Source of the DNA: Zygnema circumcarinatum SAG 698-1b
Taxonomy: Eukaryota > Plantae > Zygnematophyceae
Direction: 5' to 3'
DNA length: 64,000 bases
Assembly: GCA_037447605.1 (NCBI GenBank)
Contig: CM074818.1
Span: forward strand, 1,376,617-1,440,616
The notes beneath the pieces are model-generated. The model worked only from the letters and a program-made list of their open reading frames with translations, was not told where the DNA came from and did no database searches. Positions within the stretch are counted from its first letter, which is position 1, and every line of letters starts with the position of its first letter. The position numbers were made by a program, and so were the translations under genes. Of the stretch, positions 36,127 to 53,191 are shown piece by piece.

Positions 36127-37103
36127 GGAAAATTCTATTCTCACACCTTCTTTGTCTACACACAGGCCTTTTTTCGCCGGGCAGGTTCTATTTTAGAAAA
36201 ACGAAAAATGATTTTTTCACACCTTTTTTGTCTATACACACTCCTTTTTTCCGTCGGGCAGATTTTACCCCTGATTTTTTTTTTGGAAAGAAAAAAATAT
36301 CGGCTTGCCCGAATCCGCTAGGAGCGGAAGATCCGTCCGCCACGAGATCGTTCACGGGTCTGCGTTCTTTGCACGTGCGTTGAATCTCCGCCGTCGACTA
36401 ACTCGCAAGGTCGCACCACGGCAGATCACCGTTCGATCTGCAGTCGGGCTCTGTCCCAGCGAATGGCACGTGCCCACGTGCCCCGCCAAAGCCGGCTGGC
36501 ACGAGCTAGAGCGCGCGTCCCTCGGCCCGAGATCTCCACAAAATATGAGCTTGACCGGCCAGCCTGCGGCGACTCACCATTCACAACTAGCAGCCAATCA
36601 CCACCTGCCACGTGTACTTTCAATGAGGTGGCGAAGTATTATTGGTCCAGACATTCAATGTACGGCATTTCACCTTTCCTCGTAGCTGCGACCGTACACT
36701 TTTTGTATGGACCCACTTTGAGCCGGATTTGGCGAGACACGTGGGCCCGTGCCATTCGCTGGGACTGAGCCCGACTGCAGATCGAACGGTGATCTGCAGT
36801 GGTGCGATCTTGCGAGTTAGTCGACGGCGGAGATTCAACGCACGTGCAAAGAACGCAGACCCGCGAACGATCTCGTGGCGGACGGATCTTCCGCTCCTAG
36901 CGGATTCGGGCAAGCCGATATTTTTTTCTCTCCAAAAAAAAAATCAGGGGTAAAATCTGCCCGAAGGAAAAAGGTTTGGATTGATTCCAACAAGGAATGA
37001 AAGAAGCATTTTTCGTTGTTAATCCCTTTTTTTCTAAAATAGAACCTGCCCGGCGAAAAAAGGTCTGTGTGTAGACAAAAAAGGTGTGAGAATAGAATTT
37101 TCC
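36127..37103. mobile_element. Foldback/Mutator-like MITE with ~370-bp TIRs
   Basis: Arms 36127-36497 and 36721-37103 are inverted copies (both ends GGAAAATTCTATTCTCACACC); ~223-bp spacer; only a degenerate flanking repeat (TACCTATA/AACCTAAA). Confidence 0.85.
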
Positions 37104-38451
37104 AACCTAAAACTTGCAGAGTTCTCAAATTAAAATGGCCGTACGATTGTTGAAATTGAACGAAATGTACGGTCGGCGAATTGGCTTTGAATAACTATAT
37201 CTTGTGATTGCCAAATGCGCGTGTGTTCCGATTGACTGGTAGAAAGTCCAATCTATAAAAGTCGAAGAGTTTGCACCAATTTCTAAAGAAAGGGGGAAGC
37301 CTTGTTGTTAAGCCAACAAGTAGAGTTCATGTTCACATGATGACATCGCCATCGTGAGTGCAATGCCAGTTCATCCTACGTTTTTTAACCAAAAAAAGCG
37401 CTTTTTTGCGTTCTTACGATATTTAAGGCTGAATCCCATAAACTAATGTCAACTTGTCCCTTAACTAGTCTATTTACGATATTCAGGGATGTCCTTTATT
37501 TGAGGCCCGCGCGTACAGGCCGAGGAGGTGCGCGCTTGTCCGCACGCGTGAGGCCGTATCGTACGGCACACACCGCGACGGGGTCCACCCAAGCCGCTTT
37601 GGGCCTCGTCTGGTCCGTACAATGGGCCCCGTCCCGCCCGCCGGTACAGTACAGTAGTCCGTATGTTTCGCACTCTGCCCCACTCGTCCGTATCGTTCTG
37701 TCGGGTCCGATCTTTTCAACTCCGTCACGTCACGGGGCGCGCTGGGTGCCGGCCGCCGCGGATTGCGCGGAGGCCCCGCCGCCAGCCCTAGGGCATAGGC
37801 CCTAGGGTCCTAGGGCCTAGGAGTAGGACTGGGACTGCCGGCCGGCAGGCCGGTCGGCGGGCGGGCCTCCACGTGACATGACGCGACGTCACGTGACATA
37901 TATGACGTAATGTGACGTGAGGCAGCGAGTAGCGGCCCCCTTTGGCCTCGAGGCAAGCACTCCAGAGGAGGGATGGGATGGCCGTAACAGAGAATGAAAA
38001 TGGCATTGAACTCACGATGGCGAGGCCATCACATGTACATGGACAAAAGCAGCACGGGGAACGGGAAGTGGAAGGGCAAAGCCCCTGTCCTCCCAACTGC
38101 TATTCTTAGGCCCTTGAATACTAGATCTTAATCTTGACAAACATCCCATTTAATACTGCAAAAAAGTGTGAGTCAAATGAAACTACCTGCCTCTTCTTAA
38201 AGTCTAGAAGGAGCCTTTACATACACACACTGTATGATCTTATTGACATTTATTCCCCCAACCCTGAGAAAGTGTGAATAGAACTACCCGAATCAGGTTG
38301 GCCCTACCTTTCCCTCGGAACAAAGAAAAATTCCAGCCTGAAAGGCATACAGGAAGACAGAGCTGCCAGGGAATGAGCGATAATACATCTATAACCTATA
38401 CTCGTATGAAAACAAAAAGAAAACCAATAGTGAGAAAGCATTCTCTGAAAC

Positions 38452-43584
<5,133 letters not shown>

Positions 43585-44089
43585 GCATAGGGAGACATGA
43601 AGGGCACACGTCCCAGCGGCCGTAGGGCAAGGGCAATTCGACTATCTGACACTGCGACTTTGACGCGGGGTCAAACCCAAACGAACAAAAAAAGTTGTGG
43701 CGAACAAGTCGCCCTTGTCTGTGCTTGTAAAATTGCAGTCCGCATTGTCTGCAGTATGGAAAAACCGCTGATTCCCTCTTGCAAGCCTACATTGAATCAT
43801 CGCTTGTAGAACAACAACAGCACGCATACTTTCCTAGGGGGGCTTACTTTGCAGTTGTGCATACAAGGGCCCCCCTCAAGCCTTGCCCCTGCTAAGGGAC
43901 AGTCCCATACGATCTCGCGCGCCCAACATTGCATCCCCACGTGGTGCCCACTTCGAGTGTGCCACCAGAGAGACCCTGCCCATCCAACAACTCCATTTGG
44001 CTGCACATTCAAACGCGAAGAGGATGCGGCATTGATCTCACGATGGCAATGATGCATGCCATCAAATGGACAATAGAGGGGGATATATA

Positions 44090-44632
44090 GGAAAATGATA
44101 CTGCACCCCCTATTTAGGTTATTACACCCCCCCCCCTTTGAAAATTTTCCCTGCCCATTTTGGTTATCCCACCCCCCGGACTTGGATATTTCACCCCTAT
44201 TTTGGATATCCCACCCCATGTTTTGTCCTTTTCACTACTGACTTCCAACATTGTGCAACAAAAGAAAAGGAGATTCGCATTGAACTCAAGATGTTGAGGC
44301 CATCAAATGAACATAGACAAAGTCAACATGGGGAACCACGAGAAACTGGTCGCAAAGGACCTAAGCACAAAATAAAAAAACTAAAAAAAAATTGACTTTG
44401 TCCATGTTCATTAGATGGCCTCACCATCTTGAGATCAATGCAAATCTCCTTTTCTTTTGTTGCACAATGTTGGAAGTCAGTAGTGAAAAGGAAAAAACAA
44501 GGGGGGGGGGTGGGATATCCAAACAAGGGGTGAAATATCCAAAATAGGGGGTGGGATAACCAAAATGAGCAGGCAAAATTTTCAAAAAGGGGGGTGTAAT
44601 AACCAAAATAGGGGGTGTAGTATCAATTCTCC
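44090..44632. mobile_element. Mutator-like MITE with ~235-bp TIRs between the divergent MscS and NDUFS4 genes
   Basis: Arms ~44090-44329 and ~44392-44632 are inverted copies; flanks GATATATAG / GATATACTG resemble a decayed 9-bp TSD. Confidence 0.8.
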
Positions 44633-44910
44633 GATATACTGTATATCCCATGGGAAATTGACGACGCAGTTCCAGCAGCAGTTGCAGTTGCAGCACGCAG
44701 GGGCAGAGGCCCTGCAAACGCTCAGCGTCACCGTTTTGACCTAAAGCTGCCACAGCGGCAGCGCTTTGGGGCGCGCCCTGCTCGAGTTCTCGTTTTTTTA
44801 AGCTTAAGAGTCCCGCCAGGAAGGAAGGAGCAGGGGTGGAAGCTTGAAGGTAGTGAGCAGGCCTCCGGGCTGAAAGCGTAAGGCGGTGGGCGTTCCGGCC
44901 AGCCGCAGCC

Positions 44911-47335
44911 ATGGCTGCTTTGCGGCAAGCACGCTCCCTGCTCCGCAACGTGCTTTCGCGGCAGTCTGCAGGTCTTAACACTTCAGTGCGAGCGTTTGCG
45001 ACAGAGGTGGTGAAGGATGGAGAAATTGGCATCGTTTCTGGTGTGCCTGTGGAGCACTTGGGCAGAAAGGTGCATTCTCTCGCCCTGCTTCCCTTCTCTT
45101 GTCAACAGCTCGACCTCCAGGACTTCCAGAATGTTCGCTTGGCTTCATTACCATATCCTTTGGTTGTGCAAGAGGACTCGTTAGGGCACCTTGTCAAATC
45201 TCCAGCGTTTAATGTACAGGGTAGGTTTGCTATGTATTCTATGATCTGATTTTGTTGTTCATGTAGTCTTCCCCTGCAGTCAGAGTAGGCATGCTGAATA
45301 TCCCAATGAAGGCTTAGCTTACTTAGTCTGTTCGAGCACTTTCCGAGGCCGACGATGGTGTCAAACTTTTAGCACGAATGGTTTACGAAATCATCTACAA
45401 CTTATGTTCTCTGCGTCAATGTTTGTGAGGAATGAGCGAATTCAAGCGGAAACGGATGCCGGTTCATGAACCACTTTGAGATATCTATTACTTTATCATG
45501 TTTTTCAGTGCAGTAAGGGTCTGAAGCAGTGTGAACCTGCTCCTGATTACCTTAGTATTGGCTTCAATGGTGGAAGCTTTTCTGAATCCTAGTTAAGCAA
45601 TAGCACAACCTTTTTGATTCCTAGCGCTAATTTCCCCAAGCTGCGACCTCGTCTTTTGCCAGGTGTACATATACGTTCCAGCCCGCACGGCAAGCCAACA
45701 GGGAGGTAGTAAGTCGAACCACTGGAAAATTCGGTTTGACTCAACTCAGAAGTGAGTTTATTTTCACGGTGAAATGCAAATGACTCTAATGTTTCAGCAG
45801 ATTCGACATTATAACCTGCAATGCCCGGCTTCTTGAAGAGACGCTGTCAAACATGAGAAAGTTCTCTGTCTGGTCCTATTTTTTTGGTGCCCAGTCGTCA
45901 TTGTATTGCGCCAGCATTTCATCAATTTTTTTTTTAGGAGGTAGTAATCCAGGTCAGATTTTTTAGAGATTAACCCTGTCATTGTGTCCGTATCCTTTTC
46001 GTTTGTTGAAGAATAGCACACATGCTGTTGGTCGAATGGAGAGGTTACAGGGAAGTGCGATTCAACCTTCCTCAAGGCATTCTTTTAACCTTCATGATAA
46101 GTGTTTGCTGTCGTCACCCTGCAGGTGGGAGAATCCTCTTATGGGCTGGACTTCTACAGGGGACCCCCTCTCTCATGTTGGTGATTCTGCACTTTATTTC
46201 AACTCCAAGGAAGCTGCTATCGACTTTGCTCGCCGACATGGATGGGAGTACAATGTATGTTTCCCCCTCCATGGTGATTCCTTGGTTGGGCAATGTCAGT
46301 CTACGATCTCTAATGTTTCATGAAAATACTTCGAGGGCTGAATTATGAACCAGTTGCTGGTATGAAAACTTTATCACGGGATTGTGTTTTTGCCCTGACC
46401 TTGCAAGAGCGAGAGACTGCTACAAAAAGAGAGACGGGAGGAGGCGGAAGAAGAGTTTAAGTTGATCCGCAGCAGGAATGGCTGAGGTAGTGAGGAAGCA
46501 AGACAAAGATCGTTTGTTTGAAATACTAAAGCCAGCGCTTCAAACATGTGATGATAGTGATCTCATTGTCGATTCAGCATAGAGTGTCAGATTGTCTCCT
46601 AGTTCAAGTTAAAGAGGACAAGGCTTTGCGGCAACAACTTCTCATTCGACATTATGGTAAAAATGTTTCTGAATCATTTGCACAAACTATCCTAAGCAGT
46701 GACTTGAGTCCATGAACGAATTTATTTGTTGTCATATGATCCTTCTGCCACCATGCTTGGGGCCCCTTGACTCCGTCCTGGAAGAGGGCGAATTCTGCCT
46801 CTCTTGGAATGAATTTGATTCCTTATAGAGCAAGGGAGGCAGCCGCTCTGAAAGCCTGTCATGATTCCTTCTGCTTTGTAGTGTTTAACAATAGAGCCAC
46901 AGGCAGGCGGATAACATATACAAATGATGTTGGTCCTCTTTGATACATTCATGGCGGCCATTCTGGTACTATAATATACTATATCCACGCCTGTCACCCT
47001 AATCTGTCTGTGGTTGGCCTCTGTTGCTTTTGGTTTCAGGTTTTGGAGCCGAAAGAGATGATCAAGAAGGTTTGTCTATACTTTTATTGCCTTGCCTTGC
47101 TATTTGCTGCTCAATTTGACCCAAACTCTTGAATTTATATGGTAGGCATTAGCTGCCTTAGCTGCTGGATGCCAGGATTTATTTGATTTGGATTCATGTG
47201 AGGAGCCCCACATACGACATGCTGGCAGGTGGTACTCGACCTGACTGCTTTGTGTTGGTGTATGGCTGGCAGCCCAAGGTGTATGCAGACAACTACAAGT
47301 GGAGAGGGCCAGTTCCAAGTGCAGGAGAAGACTAA
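44911..47335 (+). CDS. NDUFS4: Mitochondrial complex I 18-kDa subunit (NADH dehydrogenase Fe-S protein 4)
   Basis: Exons 44911-45069, 45663-45751, 46125-46254, 47040-47069, 47273-47335. Presequence-like [17 protein letters not shown]; [12 protein letters not shown]; WKIRFD; [14 protein letters not shown]; [12 protein letters not shown]; [10 protein letters not shown]. Confidence 0.95.
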
Positions 47336-48521
47336 AGCAGCGTACGGCAATGTAAATGGTCATGAGGCGCGGCAAGTAGCAAACCATTGAGGCAGCGAAT
47401 TGCTGTCCGTTAGGAGCCGTGTTCAGCTATGTCTTCAATGAGATTGTCACTGTTTATAGTTTGTGTTGCAGTTAGCTGTTTAGGTTGTGACTTTAGAGGT
47501 GTTTCGCCCTATACACCCGTGCTGCCAGATCCCTGTCTTATAAATCAGACCATCTACTATCTGCGGGGATCAATTGCAGCGAGGTTACAGATTCGACAGG
47601 ACAGCAAAGACAGTGCATTCCTGCACTTGGCTGCACGGTGAAGGATATGGCATCAGAGGACACATGGAGATCTCATTTTTCGGATATTTCTATGTCCATC
47701 TCTGGATTTTCGCTGTGTTCTGTGTTCCGTTTGCTCGCAGTAGGGCCATTGTTGACGCTTGACGATGCCAGTGTCAATCATGTGGACGGTTTCACGGTTT
47801 TTGGCTGGTGGCCTCTGCAAACTCCATTTCCCGGCCAACAGAATGCGGACTTTATAAGAGGCATCAAAGTGCTCTGCAAACCTTTCCCTGGCAACCCTAC
47901 CGACAGGTTCCAAATTTCCAGTTTTCGCCCCATAAGCCAGGGACAGTAGTTAAAATTTGATCGCATACATCTGTCAAAAAACAGCCTGCTTGCACTCGCA
48001 GCATAGGAAGGAGCCATTGGTCTCGCTTCATCTCCTTGCCTGGCTGTGCGTTGACAATTCAATCAGGGAACTCGTACCGCTGCTATTTTTGCTGGTACGC
48101 TGGTTTCATCGTTCCCTTGTCTCATGATTGTTCCTCATACTCGAGCAATTCTATCTATCCTTGCACTGTAGTTTTAAAAACCACATTTCCTAGCCCCAGT
48201 TCAGTTCTATTTCCCACACGTGATTTCTTATGGCTGCGAGTACTAGTGCTATACCAGGTATGCTCCTGTGTGTGGGCGTAAAACCCAAAGCCCAAAACAA
48301 AAAGAATACAACTCTCGGAAAAAAGTCAACCACTGAAAGCGAAGAAACCACCCGGAAACAATCGCGTATCGCACTGTATCGCCCAACAACCTCGATACGG
48401 ATTTCCTTATCGAATATCGTTGTTCGTACGATACTGTACGGTCCTCCCTCTATCCACTCCCTCTCTCACAGTCACTCCCTCTCTCCCCTTCTCTCCCTCT
48501 CCTCTCTCACAGGGGGCAGCC

Positions 48522-51500
48522 ATGGCGGAGCCTCGCCCTTCCGCACAGGCCGCAGCCCTTCGCCGCCTTCACCGCCTCTCCTGCCACCTATCACAGAGAG
48601 AAGCGCATCCTCCTGCTTCGTCTCTCCTTGCGCGCCACGTGGCGGGCTCTGGCGGCGAGGCCTCCCCCTACGCCTCCGCCACGGGTAGGCCGAGCAGCTA
48701 CGCGCGGGTGCACGGTCAGGTATCGTCCGAACCGGTGCGCTGGGAACAGGCTTTGGTGTCAGGGCCGCCTTTCTCCGACATTCTCTATGAGAAGGCTGTG
48801 GGAGAAGGCATGGCAAAGGTGAGGGAGCCTCCCTCCACCTCTCTCTCTCTCTCTCTCCCCTCTTGCTGTGCTTGTTCGGGGTACCTCTCACATTTTCGGG
48901 GTAGTGGCTCGTATTTGTGCTCCAAAATCCTAAAATTGGAGCTCAATGTCGGCATTTTAGGAATCCGGCTCGCATGATGCTGCATTAAGGCGCGGTGAGA
49001 AGTTTTACTTTTAGAATTTGAGGTATGTGGCATCCATGAGGTGGGCGGCGGGTCAGATCACCATCAACCGGCCGGAGCGCAGAAACGCATTCAGACCCGA
49101 AACCATCATGGAGCTGCAGAGGGCGTTTGCAGCGGCCCGGGACGACCCTAAAGTTGGAGTTATCATTTTCACCGGCATGGTGAGTTATTTTTATCAAGCA
49201 TGAGGGCAGGGGGAACTTATGCACACTGGCGACCGAAACTGAAACTGAATCTGACACTGTTTTGGAAAGAGAGGGTTGCTTTTCTAAAGATGATGAAAAA
49301 TAGCAGTTTTTTTACTCCTTCTTTAAACTTTTCGTTTACTTTTCCTATGCAGCAAGTAAAAGTGTTTTATTGGGTTTATTAAGGAGATTGGGCGAGAGAG
49401 ACGGAGAGAGTGAAGAATGCACTTGAGAGAATATAATTCCATAACAAATGAGGAAGACGGCTTTACAAGGATAGCGAGGGTAATGAAATGAAGCTTAAAC
49501 TTTCCTTCTGAATCCTTCGCCTTTCGTGAGCTCGACTTCGAACAGCCTTTGAAGTTCTTTTGAAGCTCTCCTTTGGCGCCTCCTCCATTCTACAAACCAT
49601 CGAGCCTCTCTCCCCTCCTAAGCTCCTAAGCTACTCCTCTGCACTTAAGAAGTTTCTTAAACCTTTCCAGTTCTATAAAACAAAATCTATAGTAAGCACT
49701 TCCTTAAATAAGCAAGTCCTGTTGCATGGCGGCAGGGCGAGCTGTCCTTCTGCAGCGGAGGGGACCAAGCTGTGCGCGGAGCGGGGGGCTATGTCGGCGC
49801 TGACAGCGTGCCGCGGCTCAACGTGCTCGACCTGCAAGTAGGCAGAACTGTGTCCGGTACTGGTACGGGAGGCGAGGGAGGGGGAGGGGGAGGGAGGGTG
49901 AGGGGAAGATGGGGAAGAAGAGGAGAGAAGAAGTGAAGACAAGAAAAAGAAAAAGAAAAGAAGAAGAAGAGAAAGAAGGAAAAAAAAATGAAAAAAGAAA
50001 GAAGAAAACAAGAAGAGAAGAGGAAGAAGAAGAAGAAGAAGAAGGGAAGAGGGAAGGAGGGGGAGGAGGGTTATGGGAGAGGGGTGGGGCGAGAGGGGGA
50101 GGGGAAAGGGGGGGAGAGGGAGAGGGGGAAGGGGGGAAAGGGGGGTGGGGGAGGAGTGGGAGAGTTGGGGAGAGGGTGGGGCGTGAGGGGAAGGGGGGAT
50201 TGTTCTCGTTCTCATAGCTTTGTTTGACGTGTGAATGCAGGTACAGATCCGGCGCCTGCCCAAGCCTGTAGTTGCCATGGTGAGAAAAAACTAGAGAGTG
50301 ACGGGGAGAGAGAGAGAGGGAGAGAGAGAGATAGATAGACACACAGATAGAGAGAGGGACAGCCAAGCAGGCAGGCAGGCAGTGGAGCGTAGCTATGTCT
50401 ACCCTTATGCCCCACTCTCCATTCCCCCTGCATCTCTCTTTTGTTCTAAGTAATTCATCTATTTGTACTAGCGGACTCGTGACACGTCCAGGTATCTCCA
50501 TTTCTGAAATGCTGAAGGTCTCAAAATTTTCAAAATGATTAGCCTCCAACGTGTCGAAGATAAAATAGAATGCTCAAAAGTCATGAAGATTTAATAAAAA
50601 AGACGAAATCCTACATATCCCTGACTTGTGAGAGGGAGAGCATGGAGAGGAAGGCAGGTGGCGGGATATGCGGTGGGAGGTGGGCACATTCTGCACATGA
50701 TCTGTGATATCACAATCGCTGCAGACAACGCTGTTTTTGGGCAGACAGGTCCAAAGGTGAGACAGGTTATTCACTCTTTAGGGCTGCCATTTCCCATTGT
50801 TTGGCGAACGGGATTTTTCTGACGCTTTTCTTTCGGTTTTTTTGGACTTTGTTTTGGAGGTGAATGCAGGTGGGTAGCTTTGATGCAGGATATGGCTGCT
50901 CCATGATGGCAAGATTGGTAAGGTTCACTACCGCACTTTCTCAACAATATGTTTTTGATCGATGAGCTATACTTGAAAACAATCCACTGAAGATCATGAA
51001 AAGCTTGAAAAAACAGCAGGAAAATCAGAAAAACCCTAAAAGCCAGGATTGCTGGAGCTTAGAATTGAGTGGTTTTTTAGAAGGGGAAAAAGATTGAAGA
51101 GCTGCGTAAGAGGATGATCGCTGCATGGAGAGTGGGAGAGGAGATGATTTCACTTTTTTTTTTTTTTTTTTGAGAATGCAGGTAGGGCAAAAAAAGGCCC
51201 GGGAAATGTGGTTCCTAGCGCGATTCTACGATGCCAAGGAAGCTCTCAATATGGGCCTCGTCAACACCGTTGTGCCGGTAAGCCGCTGGAGGTCCAAAAA
51301 GCTTGAAGTCTCTGAAGTGATATGATGACCCCAAAAAACTTGCAAGGCATAGAACACTATTAGCACATAAAAAAGAAAACCAGCTCGACCATGTTCTAAA
51401 CAGAATATGAGAAACTAGATCTAGGTAGTCCATGCATCCCTTTGAGACACGGCGAGTGCGGGGGCAGGTGGCCGAGTTGGAGCGCGAGACCGTGACGTGG

Positions 51501-52351
51501 TGCCGCGAGATGCTCCGCAACAGTCCCACCGCCCTCCGCATGTGCAAGGCCGCGCTCAACGCGGCAGAGGACGGCCACGCGGGCCTGCAGGTAGCTGCCC
51601 CTCCTGCACCCTCCCCTCCCCCTCCCCCTCCCCCTCCCCTCCCTCCCCTCCCCTCCCCCCTCCCCTCCCTCCTCCTCCCTCTCCCCTTCCCACCTCCCTC
51701 CCTCCCTCCCTCCTCCTCCCTCTCCCCTCCCCCTCCCCCCTCCCTCCCTCCCTCCCTCCTCCTCCCTCTCCCTCCCTCCCTCCCTCCCTCCCTCCCTCCC
51801 TCCCTCCCTCCCTCCCTCCCTCCCTCCCTCCCTCCTCCCTCCCTCCCTCCCTCCCTCCCTCCCTCCCTCCCTCCCTCCCTCCCTCCCTCCCTCCCTCCCT
51901 CCTCCCTCCCTCCCCCTCCCTCCCTCCCTCCCATCGCCCTCCCGCTGTCTGCGTGCTTGCTTGAGCGCAAACCCACCAGTGCACCCAACTCGCCGCTTGG
52001 GGAAGAATGAATGCTCAATGTGGCAGCAAGCCGTGGGTTGCTTGCACCCCTTACATACTTTCCAGGATAGCGACAACGGACCCACTGCGTTATTAGCGCG
52101 CAGTGAACGCATTGAAGGTGGCTTGAGCGTGTGGCCCAAATGTGATGCTTGGAAAACTCTTTTTCTTAGAGAGGATCTTTGCGTTTGATGGCTTTCTGAT
52201 ACTGCATGTTTCCCATGTGCCTTGTGCCGAGCAGGAGCTGGCCGGCAATGCGACCCTCCTCTTCTACCAGAGCGAGGAGGGCAACGAGGGGCGTCAGGCG
52301 TACCTGGAGGGCCGCCCGCCTGACTTCTCCAAGTTTGACCGGCTCCCTTGA
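48522..52351 (+). CDS. menB: 1,4-dihydroxy-2-naphthoyl-CoA synthase (phylloquinone biosynthesis), PTS2-bearing
   Basis: Exons 48522-48819, 49057-49179, 49736-49837, 50241-50279, 50658-50756, 50870-50917, 51182-51277, 51468-51590, 52235-52351. [71 protein letters not shown]; N-terminal RLHRLSCHL matches RLx5HL. Confidence 0.96.
49880..50195. repeat. Intronic purine-rich low-complexity tract (menB intron 3)
   Basis: GAA/AAAG/GGA-rich run with almost no pyrimidines. Confidence 0.85.
51600..51932. repeat. Intronic (CCCT)n tract (menB intron 8)
   Basis: About 330 bp of C/T only, mostly CCCT tetramers. Confidence 0.9.
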
Positions 52352-52977
52352 GGGAGTTTTAAGCACCGTGGCTCGTGTTGTACAGTCTCCGGCTTGGGCC
52401 AAAGTCCTCTCATTTATTTGGTGCCAGTGTACTTGTAACGTTTTTGTATTTTTGAATGATTTTAAAAAGAAACCCCGCTTCGGTTATGGCGCTTGAACTT
52501 AGAGGACGCGTCACATTGGAAAAAAAGCAAGTTGGAATCTAATTTCTACAGTACCCTGATACCGATACTCTTCTTGCTTCATATCCTGCTCCTCTCTCGC
52601 TCCGCATCATTAGCCAATCAGAAGATTTGAAACCGCTTTCCAGTGGTGTTGGAGTTAAAGAACTGTGCCAACATTTGTCAGGGCTCCAGCTTCATGCTCG
52701 GTGTCCCGAGCTAGTGCCCCCCAAGAATGTCATTGTTTTATTTTGCATACAAAGAAATTGGAAATCTGATCCGAATTCCTAAAAACCAATCCAACAAAGT
52801 CCTATTTAAGGGTGAGCAATCCTTGAATTAAATTCATATACAGTATTAACCTGGCAGTTTTGTGAAAATACAAATTTTCAAATTTGTGAAGTTACATGAG
52901 CCAATAAGCGAATTCTCGAACACAGTCTGTATGGAAACGTTGATAGCCCTTCTCGCTGCTCTCTTCTCGTCTGCTCT

Positions 52978-53158
<181 letters not shown>

Positions 53159-53191
53159 GGCAATCTCTTTCCTCCCTAGTTTCTGGATGAG

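Noticed and set aside
36053-37790. hAT element bounded by TAGGGATGGC / GCCAGCCCTA
   Set aside because: Termini match 9/10, but the 8-bp flanks (CCTGCGGC vs GGGCATAG) show no TSD.
47490-47949. Small ORF between NDUFS4 and menB
   Set aside because: No motif or splice support; overlaps the probable NDUFS4 3' region.
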